Shown: one piece after another, positions 13,816-27,875 of the stretch
How the letters are laid out: each line of letters starts with the position of its first letter
Numbering within the stretch: position 1 is the stretch's first letter
DNA from: Octopus vulgaris
Taxonomy: Eukaryota
Reading direction: 5' to 3'
Assembly (NCBI GenBank): GCA_951406725.2
Contig: OX597834.1
Location: 9,548,001-9,612,000, forward strand
DNA length: 64,000 bases
Position numbers and translations under genes: made by a program
Notes under the pieces: model-generated
Told to the model about the DNA's origin: nothing
The model's database searches: none
Seen by the model: the letters and a program-made list of their open reading frames with translations, nothing else

Positions 13816-14180
13816 TAAAAATGACACAAATAATCCTTTCGCCTCGTACAGTCAATAAAATAACTAATATCTAGAGCGAGGTGTGTCCTAACTCTCTAAA
13901 TACTGTTTCTTAAAATTGTATAATAGTAATTATGTAACCAGCTTAATTGAGATATTCTCTTATTAGGATCCATTCTTCACAAACCAACAAAACTCAAATG
14001 CTATCGAAATGCACTTGGTGATTTTGCCTGCACTAAAACAGGATTATAGGATTATTTATTCCATTAATTTGCATCCATCCTATTCTGTCTTTTCTATATT
14101 CTTGGTTGCTTCGCTGAAATTCTGTAGAGCTTTCTTATGACGCATCGCACTCTGATCATGTACAATATATATATATGTAT

Positions 14181-14389
14181 ATATATGTATGTATGTATAT
14201 ATGCATGTATACCGCATTAAGGACATATGCATGCTATTAGAATGTGCTGTATATAATATGAGATAATATATATATATGCATATATATATATATATGTATA
14301 TGTATGTATATATGCATGTATACCGCCTTAAGGACATATGCATGCTCTTAGAATGTGCTGTATATAATATGAGATAATATATATATATA

Positions 14390-14395
<6 letters not shown>
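14181..14395. repeat. Tandem duplication of a ~110 bp unit within TA-rich sequence
   Basis: GCATGTATACCGC(A/C)TTAAGGACATATGCATGCT(A/C)TTAGAATGTGCTGTATATAATATGAGATAAT occurs twice. Confidence 0.9.
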
Positions 14396-14437
<42 letters not shown>

Positions 14438-14451
14438 TATATATATATATA

Positions 14452-14491
<40 letters not shown>

Positions 14492-14686
14492 TATATATAT
14501 ATATATTTATATATATACACAAGACTATTGAAAAGGTTGCAAGACGCAACGAAAATTTTAGGAAAATAAAAAATGAGTGCGTTAAATAATAAGACACAAA
14601 AAGAAAATTACTCTCCCCAGACACAACAAAATATGCTTCAACACACGAACACACATATTGAATCTTGTAAACCAAATCCAAAACCG

Positions 14687-14725
<39 letters not shown>

Positions 14726-15015
14726 TATTGCTGAAAGTAATATCAAATTTATGACCATATCTAATATATTGTCATATATAACGCCTGAGATATTGCGATA
14801 AGCAACGAAATATTGGTTATAAAGACACATGTAAGGCTTTAATTAATATCATGTTCGCCACATTTGTCACATGCTATCACATATAAAATATCTCACCTCG
14901 TTATATATCAGTGTAAATATCACATATAGTCTTACCTGATCTTACATATCATCTCAATATATCGTAAATATGACACATTTAAAGACATGTCAACGCCCTC
15001 AAGTATTATACGTAA

Positions 15016-15337
15016 GTGAGGGCGCGTGGCTTAGTGGTTAGGGCATTCGGCTCATGATCGTAAGGTTGTGAGTTCGATTCCCGGCGACGCGTTGTGTCCT
15101 TGAGCAAGACACTTTATTTCACGTTGCTCCAGTCCACTCAGCTGGCAAAAATGAGTTGTACTTGTATTTCAAAGGGTCAGCCTTGTCACTCTCTGTGTCA
15201 CGCTGATTATCCCCGAGAACTACGTTAAGGGTACACGTGTCTGTGGAATGCTCAGCCATTTGCACGTTAATTTCACGAGCAGGCTGTTCCGTTGATCGTA
15301 TCAGCTGGGACCCTCGTCGTCGTAACCGGCGGAGTCT
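15016..15337 (+). mobile_element. SINE family D, full length with 12 bp target-site duplication
   Basis: tRNA-like head (TGGCTTAGTGG A-box, GAGTTCGATTCC B-box), TGTGTCCTTGAGCAAGACACTT central motif, 3' part shared with family C; TATTATACGTAA at 15004-15015 and 15338-15349. Confidence 0.92.
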
Positions 15338-15770
15338 TATTATACGTAATGCAAAATACGATAGTGAGACAGCCTTGAGCATCTTAGTTGTTTTATCGTA
15401 CAGAATATCTTATTTAATCTCAGAATAATATTCAGGCGAAAATAACGGCTAAACACAAACTGGTTAAGTATAATGTAATTATTATCACGTCGTTTACAAA
15501 TGCCTGATCTTTCTTTCGTTGATACACGTCGCCATAAGGTGACTGCTTAATATATTTCTCTGTTTTTGTTACTCGCTCGACATTTTTCTCTCTCTCCCCT
15601 ATGCATGTCATTATATATGCTTAGCGACTGATGCACACACACACATACACACACACACAAGCACACACATGCACGCACGCACGCACTCATTTATATTGAA
15701 GGAGAAAACTAGGGAAAAATTGTTTGGCATTACATATGTTTCATTACTAATAGGAGTTACGTATGTATAT

Positions 15771-15838
15771 TTTGATTTGATTTTTGATTTTTCCAGTTTC
15801 AGCTCATGAGCTGTGGCCATGCTGGGGCACCGCCATTT
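15771..15838 (-). mobile_element. Isolated LINE/SINE 3' tail related to the family A tail
   Basis: Minus strand GGCGGTGCCCCAGCATGGCCACAGCTCATGAGCTGAAACTGG followed by AAAATC-type repeats. Confidence 0.65.
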
Positions 15839-16489
15839 TGTGTACAAAAGAATGTAAACCATCTATTGGTAATTGTTCACAGCGAGAATCAAAAGAATAT
15901 GCATACACGTACCATCACACACTCTCTCTCACACACACACACACACGTATGTATAAATGTTCTCTATGTACTCGAGATCAAAGTACTATTCATACAGACA
16001 TCATAATATACATTCAGCCCTTGATTGGATATTCAATTCATTTACTCAAGATCTTCCAATATTTATGGGGGAAAACAGTATGGATACCTTAGTTATACAA
16101 TTACATAAAATGCACGCACACAACGCGCTGATATTTATACGAGATTTTATAGGAAGGAGTCTTTGAAAGCAGAACACAATTTAACGCAAGAATACAAAAC
16201 TAATTACTCGCCGTGTATGCATGTGTGAATGAAAAAGTTAATAGAACCGTTCATTACTGTTAGAACAAATAGAGCATATGTACTACGCAAACACCGAGCT
16301 GAATCAACCATTTTCGTCATAAAAGTAATAATGGAAATGATTATTTCCCTCGAAGATATGTAAGGGTTTTTTTTTTTTTGATATGATCATACTTAAGTGT
16401 AAGTATATTCAAGTGACATAACGTGTACAATGAATAAGATACAAATTTACACAAATATACGTCTGTATATCCACACACCCTTATAAACA

Positions 16490-16596
16490 TATATCTATAC
16501 ATATATATACACATATACACATACATATATATATATATATATACATATATATACATATATACATATATATATATTCACCTATATATATACACATAT

Positions 16597-16639
<43 letters not shown>

Positions 16640-16654
16640 TATATATATATACAC

Positions 16655-16687
<33 letters not shown>

Positions 16688-16749
16688 TATATATATATTC
16701 ACCTATATATATACACATATATACATATATATATATATATTCACCTATA

Positions 16750-16780
<31 letters not shown>

Positions 16781-16785
16781 TCACC

Positions 16786-16816
<31 letters not shown>

Positions 16817-16845
16817 TCACCTATATATATATTCACCTATATAGA
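16490..16845. repeat. Compound TA/CA microsatellite with five ATTCACCT interruptions
   Basis: Direct reading. Confidence 0.85.
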
Positions 16846-17093
16846 TATTATTGTATGTTGTAATTGTGCAAGCATATGTATATATGTGGATACATACATA
16901 TATTTATATGTATGTCTATCTATATGAATATATCATATATAACGTCTATACGTAATTAAGGCAGTATAAAAAGGTAAATATATATAACCTATCGACAGTG
17001 TGTATAGATTAAACATGACACATCGATAGATATGTGTGGGTGGGTGTAGATATGTGAAGGTTTACGTATAAACACACACAAACATACACGCAC

Positions 17094-17138
<45 letters not shown>

Positions 17139-18023
17139 GCTAGCTGTTCTAATTGTACGTTAAAGTCAAACTGTTTTACGACCTCCAACGCAAACGTATT
17201 CTCGAATGTAAATATGAATGCAAGAGCTCGCAAATACAGGTATACCTAAATATATTCCAGTGTAAATATGTTGAAGTAGCATGACGTATCGAACAATATG
17301 TGTGACGTATAAAACTATATATTTAGGCAAACAAACAACTATATTTACACACATATATGCTCGATGATCCGTATACATGTGTTCAGAGAGACAGGGCGGG
17401 AGAGTGTAAAAACGAAAGAAATATTAATAAACACATATCTATACGTATATATATTCATATATAAGCAGAAATATAAATAGATAGATTGATGTAGAGGTAG
17501 ATTGATGTACATATACATACCTAGATAGATGGATAGATACATCGATAGACAAGTAGATACCTAGATTGATAGTTAGATAGAAAGATAGATAGATGGATGG
17601 ATAGATACGTACATACATACATAGAGAGAAGGGAAAGATATATATGTACGTATATATATATATATATATATAGATAGATAGATAGATAGATACATACATA
17701 CATATATATATTTTAGTCAGCTGTTACGTAGTCTTCAAATTTACTGCCTTACAACCAGACTCAAACATTCTCACATCAGGATTCATACGATTCCACAATC
17801 ACGTAATGGATCATTAAAATTCACAATCATACTTATATCGCTATACACACATAAATATGAATAAGAAAATCTATCTATCTATCTCTCTCTCTCTCTCTCT
17901 CTTTCTCTGTGTGTGCGTGTATATATATATATATATTCATATATCGTAGATATACGTATCTGTGTGTGATTGCATCTGTATATTTGTGTTTCTGTATTAT
18001 GCTCAATCACGGTCAAACAGACA

Positions 18024-18054
<31 letters not shown>

Positions 18055-18064
<10 letters not shown>

Positions 18065-18606
18065 ATATATATATATATCTTTATGGATGTATGTATGTAA
18101 GCATATATATATGTATGTATATATATATATATATCTTTATGGATGTATGTAAGCATATATATATGTATGTATATATATATATATATCTTTATGGATGTAT
18201 GTAAGCATATATATATGTATGTATATATATATATATATCTTTATGGATGTATGTAAGCATATATATATGTATGTATATATATATATATCTTTATGGATGT
18301 ATGTAAGCATATATATATGTATGTATATATATATATATCTTTATGGATGTATGTAAGCATATATATATGTATGTATATATATATATATCTTTATGGATGT
18401 ATGTAAGCATATATATATGTATGTATATATATATATATCTTTATGGATGTATGTAAGCATATATATATGTATGTATATATATATATATCTTTATGGATGT
18501 ATGTAAGCATATATATATGTATGTATATATATATATATCTTTATGGATGTATGTAAGCATATATATATGTATGTATATATATATATATCTTTATGGATGT
18601 ATGTAA

Positions 18607-18642
<36 letters not shown>
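18055..18642. repeat. 50 bp minisatellite, about 11 copies
   Basis: TTATGGATGTATGTAAGCATATATATATGTATGTATATATATATATATCT repeats with exact 50 bp period from 18241 to about 18610. Confidence 0.95.
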
Positions 18643-18645
<3 letters not shown>

Positions 18646-18991
18646 GGTATGTATTCATTATACTCAGGCACATATTTTTATTTGTTTTCCTCCTCAAACA
18701 CCCAGTTCTAATGGAACTGTGTGATCGAACTGAAGCCATCACTTACATAATCGATATTCATTTAAAAGACGAAAGAGCGGTTCGTTAGTAACATATTCAG
18801 CCTCGGCTGAAAGAACATTTATAAGCAAACGTTTATGTTAAAATTCTCATACTGTTCAGTGTCTGAAACGAAACAATATGGAGCAACCCATCACACACAC
18901 ACACACACAGAGACACACACATGCACACACATACGCACAAACACATCTACACATATACACACACCCATGTTTAAGCTTGAGTGTGAAAAAA

Positions 18992-19036
<45 letters not shown>

Positions 19037-19133
19037 ATATATATATAGAGAGAGACAAAGACAGCTGGAGGAACAACGGGCAAGTGCATGTATACATACA
19101 TATATACACACACTCACGTCATATACACACATA

Positions 19134-19164
<31 letters not shown>

Positions 19165-19320
19165 TATTCTCTCCCTGTTTATTTCTGTGTTCCTTTCTGT
19201 CGAAGAGCGTAGGCTCGAAACATAAAAGACTTTCTCACTTTCCCGAGCGTTACACTAACTCACCTATTTGTTGTTTATACACCTGTCTTCATCTTTCGCT
19301 TTTTTGTAATTTCCACCCCC
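19165..19320 (+). mobile_element. (TA)n-flanked PLE-like fragment with variant hammerhead motif at 19193-19228
   Basis: CUUU-CUGUCGA-A-GAGC(GUAG)GCUC-GAAA-CAUA-AAAG; TA tracts on both sides; related to 37505, 41580, 53935 and 61131 fragments. Confidence 0.7.
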
Positions 19321-19689
19321 ATATATATATATATATATACAAATCTGCATATGTGTGTGTGTGTTTGTGTGTGAGGTTTGTATGTGTATAGATAGATAGA
19401 TAGAGAGAGAGAGAGAGATCATGTGAGGGAAATTCGTTATGAAGCGAGATTTCAAAAGTGAAAGTTCGAGTGATCAAGCATTGACAACGTGATAGGATGG
19501 AATTATCTGTTCAAGGTTGAGGTATTCAAAATATTGACATTGAATGATAGCTTCATTTCTAAATTCGCTTAGTCGAAGAAAATGTATCTTTTATAAGAAA
19601 GTATAGCACGCAGCAGCAAAAAATATTATACATGTATAATTGTATTAGTGTGTTCATGTGAAACGTCTTAAATTTTATGGATATATATA

Positions 19690-20104
19690 GGCGCAGGAGT
19701 GGCTGTGTGGTAAGTAGCTTGCTAACCAACCACATGGTTCCGGGTTCAGTCCCACTGCGTGGCACCTTGGGCCAAGTGCCTTCTGCTATAGCCCCGGGCC
19801 GACCAATGCCTTGTGAGTGGATTTGGTAGACAGAAACTGAAAGAAGCCTGTCGTATATATGTATATATATATATATGTGCGTGTGTATGTGTTTGTGTGT
19901 CTGTGTTTGTCCCCCTAGCATTGCTTGACAACCGATGCTGGTGTGTTTACGTCCCCGTCACTTAGCGGTTCGGCAAAAGAGATCGATAGAATAAGTACTG
20001 GGCTTACAAAGAATAAGTCCCGGGGTTGACTTGCTCGACTAAAAGGCGGTGCTCCAGCGTGGCCGCAGTCAAATGACTGAAACAAGTAAAAGAGTAAAAG
20101 AGAG
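19690..20104 (+). mobile_element. SINE family A, full length
   Basis: Complete head (GTGGCTGTGTGG A-box-like, GGGTTCAGTCCC B-box-like), CORE-like CACCTTGGGC-AAGTG, internal microsatellite, GTAAAAGA tail repeats. Confidence 0.95.
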
Positions 20105-20134
20105 TATGTGTTTGCCTGTGTGTCTGTATATATC

Positions 20135-20549
20135 ACTCTCTTCTCTTTCTCTTTTCTCTTTTCCTTGTTTCAGTCATTTGACTGCGGCCATGCTGGAGCA
20201 CCGCCTTTAGTCGAGCAAATCGACCCCGGGACTTATTCTTTGTAAGCCCAGTACTTATTCTATCGGTCTCTTTTGCCGAACCGCTAAGTGACGGGGACGT
20301 AAAACACCAGCATCGGTTGTCAAGCAATGCTAGGGGTACAAACACAGACACACAAACATACACACACATATATATATACATATATACGACGGGCTTCTTT
20401 CAGTTTCCGTCTACCAAATCCACTCACAAGGCATTGGTCGGCCCGGGGCTATAGCAGAAGACACTTGCCCAAGATGCCGCGCAGTGGGACTGAACCCGGA
20501 ACCATGTGGTTGGTTAGCAAGCTACTTACCACACAGCCACTCCTGCGCC
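20135..20549 (-). mobile_element. SINE family A, full length, tail-to-tail with the previous copy
   Basis: Near-identical reverse complement of 19690-20104. Confidence 0.95.
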
Positions 20550-21145
20550 TCCTGTGTAATTTAAAATCAAAAGTTTTAAAAATTACTTGGAATTCCAACA
20601 AAAATTAATGCTAATTTCGATGTTTCATTTACCTCTACGAGTTTTGAAAACCTTGAAGTTACTGAGAGTGGTAAAAGAAATGTATTATAAGGATTTGGAT
20701 CAGAGACAAAAGTAGATTTGTTGGAAGTAAAAAAAAAAAAAAAACGTGAGCGGAAGCTTAACGAAGGGAAAGCGGGTGAGAAATAGACAATTGTTAGAAA
20801 ACGTGCTGAAAACTAGATAAAAGGAAACATGAGACGAAAACTGATAGCCTGATTCAGGGAACTGTATGGGTGTAGGATATTAAAGGGATGGAAGTATCAT
20901 AAATATAATCAGAAGCACGGTTGGCATAAAGAGAATAACTGAAAAACTACAAAAGAGACACAGGAAGAAATTCATGTTTTGTATGAAGCAACCGATTATG
21001 AATTTTAAAAATATAGGAAGACATAAAATTCGAGAGTAGTGATGTTCGGATGTTATATGCATTCATACGTGGCTCGCACGCTTTCAAAGATAAATATATT
21101 GCATTCATGCGCCATTTAAATATTTTCTTTTCTGTTTTTTGTTTT

Positions 21146-21240
21146 TTTTCTGGTGAAGGACTAGCGTTTGAAACGTAAATATTCCTTTTAAGCATGAATC
21201 TAATACATCATTCGTTAAAACTTCTCAATCTCGTTGTCCA
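21146..21240 (+). mobile_element. Decayed hammerhead-bearing fragment
   Basis: UUU-CUGGUGA-A-GGAC(UAGC)GUUU-GAAA-CGUA-AAU at about 21147-21180; core has A6-to-G and helix II relies on G.U pairs. Confidence 0.5.
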
Positions 21241-22094
21241 AATTATGCCTTTGTACTCGTGGCCTTTTCCATTTGTAAATAAATGTGTATTAGTGTATGC
21301 GAGTTTGTATGGGTACGTGGGTATGGGTGTATATTTATCAATATATGAAACTGAACGTTACGATGCGCTCCGTCATAGATGATCGCGGTGGAAGACAAAA
21401 TTCTACCTTTTCAGAAATATAGAATAGTTGTCAAAGGAACAACAGCATTTTGCCAAACAGTGTACGCTGTAAGGAAAATGGAAAGAGTAAGGGTTGATAT
21501 AGTATAGAACCTATCGCATGGTAGAAAGAAATCTGAAGTCAACGATAATCTATTCACGTGAATCAAGCTGCTACAGTACATACATATACACACACACGCG
21601 CACACATATGTAAACACACACACACACACGCATGCAAAAAGTACACAACCACACAAACACACACATATATATACATATGCACACAAACACAGAAATACCT
21701 ATATATATATAATATATATTTATACATACTAAGATATATATATATATATATGATATATATATTTATGATATATATGCATGTATATATATATATATATATA
21801 CGTGACAAAAATCGATAGTCTTTCAATCGCTAGTAAAGCACTGCGTAGTGGATTTCAGAAAAACACACGCATTATCACCATAATATCTATAATCTACAGC
21901 AAAGTGAGATGAAAGTGGTTGAAGCATAAAATGTCATTTAAAAGTTACTGTTTGACTTTCACGTATATATTATATAGAGAACTAACGAGTATGTATTTTA
22001 ATTCTCTAAGCTCCATTAACTATCTAAAAACCAGCCTTAACGAACTGCGAAATTCTATAGTGTTCTAAGATCATCTCTTATTTACAGCTATACA

Positions 22095-22098
22095 TACT

Positions 22099-22144
<46 letters not shown>

Positions 22145-22265
22145 AATTTGTAAGTATAGTTAGATATATATGTATATTAATATATATGTATTAAATACGC
22201 AAATATACACACGTATATAATATGCATATATATATGCATAAATATATATGCATACATATATATAC

Positions 22266-22296
<31 letters not shown>

Positions 22297-22673
22297 CATA
22301 TATATACATATATAATATATATACATATATTTATATATATATATATGCATATATATATACATATACATATATTTATATATATATACATATGCATATATAT
22401 ATATACATATATTTATATATATATACATATAATTATATATATATATACATATATTTATATATATATACATATATTTATATACATATATATATATACATAT
22501 ATTTATATATATATACATATATTTATATATATATACATATATTTATATACATATACATATATTTATATATATATACATATACATATATTTATATATATAT
22601 ACATATACATATATTTATATATATATATACATATACATATATTTATATACATATACATATATTTATATATATA

Positions 22674-22709
<36 letters not shown>

Positions 22710-22720
22710 CATACACACAT
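22095..22720. repeat. Long compound (TA)n/ACATAT/ATTTAT microsatellite
   Basis: Direct reading. Confidence 0.95.
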
Positions 22721-23620
22721 AAATACGTGTCTGTGTGTGTTTGCGTGTATGTTTTTTTGATCTGGCTTCAATGCCATAACTTAACCGTTAACTGGATGAT
22801 TACGTGAAGGTAATAAAGAAATTTAGTTTCAAAGCAACATTTTTTTTGTTGTATATTTTTTTCCTTTTTGGAAAGTATATTTACTGCAAAATTGTCGCAA
22901 ATGAAAGCAATCATAAATGAGTTGAGAACAAATACAACCATAATAATAATAATAATAATAATAACAATGATGACGATAATAATTTCTGTGTTCGCCACAA
23001 GGGTGATATTTGAGGGAGACATTATAGGGGGAGAGTACGTAAAATGAAGGACTAGTTATCTAGGCTGACTAAATTGTGACAAAAGAGGGATGGTAAAGCT
23101 AATATTGATTTCATTTAAGACCCGTTTTTGTTCATGGAAAACACGTTGTAGACTCTTCTTCATCATCATCATCATAATCATCATCATCTTCATCTTCTTT
23201 GATCATTAACAATTTTGTGCAGTGTACAACGCTCGGATTTGAAAGTCTGGGCAACAACCTGTACGCCATGAGAAAGGGAATTTAAGGAGAATAAGTTTAC
23301 TTACGTAAAATGAGAAATTCTTGTAAAATTGATTCAGATTCTGTAGGAGTCTGAGATTCTGGGATCAGCATCTAAGGTTGTAGAAAAGTCAAAGAAATGA
23401 TTGATGAGTTCACCTTTGAAAGTATTTACTGAGGTTATATAGGCTTTGATAGTTGATTGTTCTAACGTAGGTGCAAAATATTCGAATGAAAGTGAAAGAT
23501 AGGTCAGGTGAGAGACCGGTAGGTGCCTTGGTGGGGAGGATGGATATGAATGAAGATTAGAGGCGTTAAAAATAATAGAGTAATGTGGACCAGTTGAAGC
23601 GATGTAAATTATAGATATAT

Positions 23621-23654
<34 letters not shown>

Positions 23655-24019
23655 GAATTATAGATAATAAATTTAGATAAGCGAAAATGTATCACATTAG
23701 GAATGAAACAAAACAAAGCAAAAAGTTTGTAAAATGGAAAGTAAAGTTAAATATCACAAAAATTATTCTATGGCATAAACAAAAAATATAAACAAAATTT
23801 CCGATTAAATCAAATCCTTGAAAAACAACAAGAAAGAAAATAACATGCGACCAAATTCCGAGGAAATTAAACTATTTAGGGCAGATTTTTCGATAAGAAA
23901 GCGTACAGCAATCATGAAGATAAACACATAAACGTGTGGGAAATTAGAGTAAAAAAATTTTGTACGGAAAAAGTCGCCATGACAGAGAGAAATTTTGAGA
24001 TACATTTTCTCTCTTTAGC

Positions 24020-24559
24020 ACTCCGTTGGTTACGACGATGAGGATTCCGGTTGATCCGAATCAACGGAACAGCCTGCTCGTGAAATTAACGTCTAAGTGG
24101 CTGAGCACTCCACAAACACGTGCACCCTTAACGTAGTTCTCGGGGATATTCAGCGTGACACAGAGAGTGACAAGGCCGGCCCCTTGAAATACAGGTACAA
24201 CAGAAACAGGAAGTAAGAGTGAGAGAAAGTTGTGGTGAAAGAGTACAGCAGGGATCACCACCATCCCCTGCCGGAGCCTCGTGGAGCTTTTACGTGGTTC
24301 TCAGGAATATTCAGCGTGACACAGAGAGTGACAAGGCCGGCCCCTTGAAATACAGCTACAACAAAAACAGGAAGTAAGAGTAAGAGAAAGTTGTGGTGAA
24401 AGAGTACAGCAGGGATCACCACCACCCCCTGCCGGAGCCTCGTGGAGCTTTTAGGTGTTTTCGCTCAATAAACACTCACAACGCCCGGTTTGGGAATCGA
24501 AACAGCGATCCTATGACCGCGAGTCCGCTGCCCTAACCACTGGGCCATTGCGCCTCCAC
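24020..24559 (-). mobile_element. SINE family C, full length with 161 bp internal tandem duplication
   Basis: Head GTGGAGGCGCAATGGCCCAGTGGTTAGGGCAGCGGACTCGCGGTC on minus strand; 24132-24292 repeated at 24293-24453; tail ...TCGTAACCAACGGAGTG. Confidence 0.92.
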
Positions 24560-24776
24560 TTTGAGATTCATATAGTAAAGTGGAAAGAAATTAGGCCAGA
24601 CCTGGTCTGAGTTTTCGTGCTAGATGGATTTACATAAGAACATTGCGATATACATATATGGGTGTATAACGAGGAGTCAGCTTTACTGTGCCTAACTACA
24701 GGAAGAACCTGTCTAATGCTGGACGACAATTTGAAAATAAATGCTGCTTTCAATTAGTAGCGAATTATATATCAAA

Positions 24777-25216
24777 CTAGCAGCATAGTCCGGCGGTGCC
24801 CGGGTATGTAAGAGCCACTAGTAGGCAACGGCTAATCCCAATCGGGTCCTTTCTCTCAAGGGAACGAAGGCGCATGTGTAAGTTGCAATGTCTTCTCTTC
24901 ACTCGAATACTTTTGTGTATACGATGTTCCTAGCTGTCCCTTTGGGCGATAAAAAGGTCGAGTTGTGTCCCCTAGACAGAAAATGTGTTGCATATAAAAA
25001 GCTTAGATTCTCGACCCCATGTCGAATTTATCGATTCTTTTCAGAACTGGAGGAACTTTTCAAAATTTTCGCTGCGTCAGTTTTGAATTATGACATTGGG
25101 CTATGTGTGTGTCAAGTCTCATCAGAATTGGTTGAAAGCCGTGGTCAGGGTGAGGGTACAACCTGATAGACACACAGACACACAGGCAGACAAACTGCCG
25201 TTTATATATAGAGAGA
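24777..25216 (-). mobile_element. Non-autonomous Helitron
   Basis: Minus strand begins TC(TCTCTATATATAAA), ends with GC-rich hairpin CCGGGCACCGCCGG then CTAG, inserted between A and T with no TSD. Confidence 0.8.
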
Positions 25217-26269
25217 TAATTATGTAGATAATTTAACAGGGACAATTGCCGATTTGATATGTATATGAGAAACAGCTAATGCTAAATGAAAAGATGTTGT
25301 AAAAATAGTAGAGAAACGAAAGGCCCATTAATGTGTCTTAGTATGGACTTGAGAAATTATAAAGAAAATCTACGTCGAAAATACTTGCATTGCGTTCATA
25401 AAAAAATACACGCCGTTATCCCTCAATTGTGAATCAAAGGAAACCTACACCGCTACAAGGTAACGGAAACATATTACGTGTCATTTAGGAAATGACATGC
25501 ATCAACAGAGAGTGGTCTTAATACTAAGAGTGGAAAGATACACAGAGCGGAAGGAGTACATTTCGATATTAACAGAAGCATGAAAAAGAGCGGTAAAAGA
25601 TGGAGTCTAAAACTCCATTTAATGGAGAACCAGTCGATCAGGAAATGCACTTTGTTTGCATTCCTTTGTACCAAATACAAGTGCACATTCCTGCTTGTGA
25701 AATACTCATCTAATCAGCCCAGTCTCATCACATTTACACATAGCGCAGTAATCTAACATACATAAAGCCTCTTCCCCAACACTTCCTTTTACATGAGTGA
25801 ACTGAATAAAAACACTAAAGATTTCTTACATAATTTATACAGTAAATTATTTCTGTAAGTACAAACATCAGTTAATGAAAACAAAGTATCTGATGGGTGA
25901 TGCACACCCTGTGCGAAGATGTTAATGTTATTATTATTGTTATTATTAGTAGTAGTAGTTTCACCATTATAGCTACTTATACTCCTGTTAAATTATGTAA
26001 TCAGCTCGTAAATAAACGAAACTCTCCGAGTACAAACACGCACGCACACACACTGAGTCGCATATCTATGTATGTATTTATGTATGTTTGAAGATAATCA
26101 AAGAAAATTTTCATTTCGAGCCATTCACGTAATGAGAATTTCTGCCAAATTTGGTGAATATCCGTTCAGTCGTGGCCCAATAATTTTGCAAACAGACAAA
26201 GATGAGTGATTACAATACCCTGCATTCGCTTATGCACGCGGGGTAACCATCATTGTTTCCAAATTGTAG

Positions 26270-26635
26270 CAGAGATCTGGATTTATGAGGGCAGGAACAA
26301 GTCGATTACGACGACTGCAGCCCTTGAATGCTACTATATTTTACTGACCCTGAAAATATGGAAGGGCAAATTTGACGTCGGCTCGATTAGACCTCAGTAT
26401 GTAAAGAACAGAAAGAAATAATAAGTAGAACGTCTGAAATTTGGAGGAGGGTGTAAACTATAACATCGACCCCAGGACATAGGTAATAGTTCGATCTTAT
26501 ATAGCGTAAATCGATCTCGAAAGGAAAAACGGCAAAGCCGACTTCGGTGGATATGGAACTCAGAACATAAGGACGGATGAAATGCAACTCAGAATTATGT
26601 AGGGTGCGCTAACGATTCTAACATCTCACCACCAT
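26270..26635 (-). mobile_element. Two degraded SINE family B copies in tandem
   Basis: Two rounds of (AG)TCGA..AC..CGAC..CAG / GAAGGGCAAA..GAC.TCGG / CTCAG motifs. Confidence 0.65.
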
Positions 26636-26904
26636 AAAAGTGAAGATAAAAATGAAAATAGTTAGCTACAACGACAACAAAAGCAAACATGTTTATAAAA
26701 AAATGTAATCGTTGTTTTTCTAAATACAAAAATACAATCAGGTAACGGGAAATTGTCGAGATGATTTTAGGGAAATGAGATAAATGCGTTCGATAAAAGC
26801 ATTCGTGAGAAAAAATAATAAAACTATACTAGAAAAATAAAACCTACTTTTTACGTAGAGAAATCTAGTGTAATTTGATAAAAGGTGTGAAAAGATATAA
26901 GATG

Positions 26905-27006
26905 CAATTATATATATATATATATCCATGTATATATGTGTGTATGTATAAATATTCGTGCATGTATGTTTATATATATATACATACATATATATGTATA
27001 TATATG

Positions 27007-27098
<92 letters not shown>

Positions 27099-27225
27099 TG
27101 TATATATATCTATATATGTATATATATGTATATATATATATATCTATATATGTATATATATGTATATATATATCTATATATGTATATATATCTATATATG
27201 TATATATATCTATATATGTATATGT
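26905..27225. repeat. Compound (TA)n/TATG/TATC microsatellite
   Basis: Direct reading. Confidence 0.95.
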
Positions 27226-27837
27226 GTGTTTATATGTCCTTTGTTGACTCTAGAAATTCTGTAACAATAAATACTGATGAACAAGGTAAAGCAAGTACAC
27301 AGTATAGAATAGATAACAAGCAAGAAATAGCTAACGTTAAATAAAAGCCTATCATAGGTTTTTTGCGAGTAAAGGTATGAAAGTTCATTGATAAAACTGA
27401 ACTCAGTGTTGGTTTCTGAGTCAACAAGAAACCATACTTTGCATAATTTCAAATACGATGATTAAAATCAAAAGAAGTCTTACTATGTGTTAAGATGTGT
27501 GCATAACCTCGCCTTTCCTCTTACGTTTATATCTGTATCAGTACAATTAAGCTTCCGCTTACATATGCGTACGTATATGTGTGTGCGTGTGTGTGTGTGT
27601 GTGTATTTATAAACACGTGTATGTCAAATGTATACGTACTCAGGAAAAACTAAATTGTAAGGTCTGGAATTTCAAAATGGCAGAGAGTATATGATGGAAA
27701 TTATTCAAGATTTATATGGCATCAGGACAAATTAGCTTCGCGGTCAATTGAGGGCAATAACTCTTGTAAAACACACACGCACTTTCCCTCTCTCTCCTCC
27801 TGTCTCTCTCTCTATTAATCTCTCTCTCTCTCTCTCT

Positions 27838-27875
<38 letters not shown>

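Noticed and set aside
18055-18642. Regular repeat array resembling CRISPR
   Set aside because: No unique spacers, no cas genes, eukaryotic context.
23334-23630. 98 aa minus-strand ORF of normal complexity
   Set aside because: Starts inside a TA tract, no recognisable motif or splice support; possibly a decayed retroelement but unassignable by eye.
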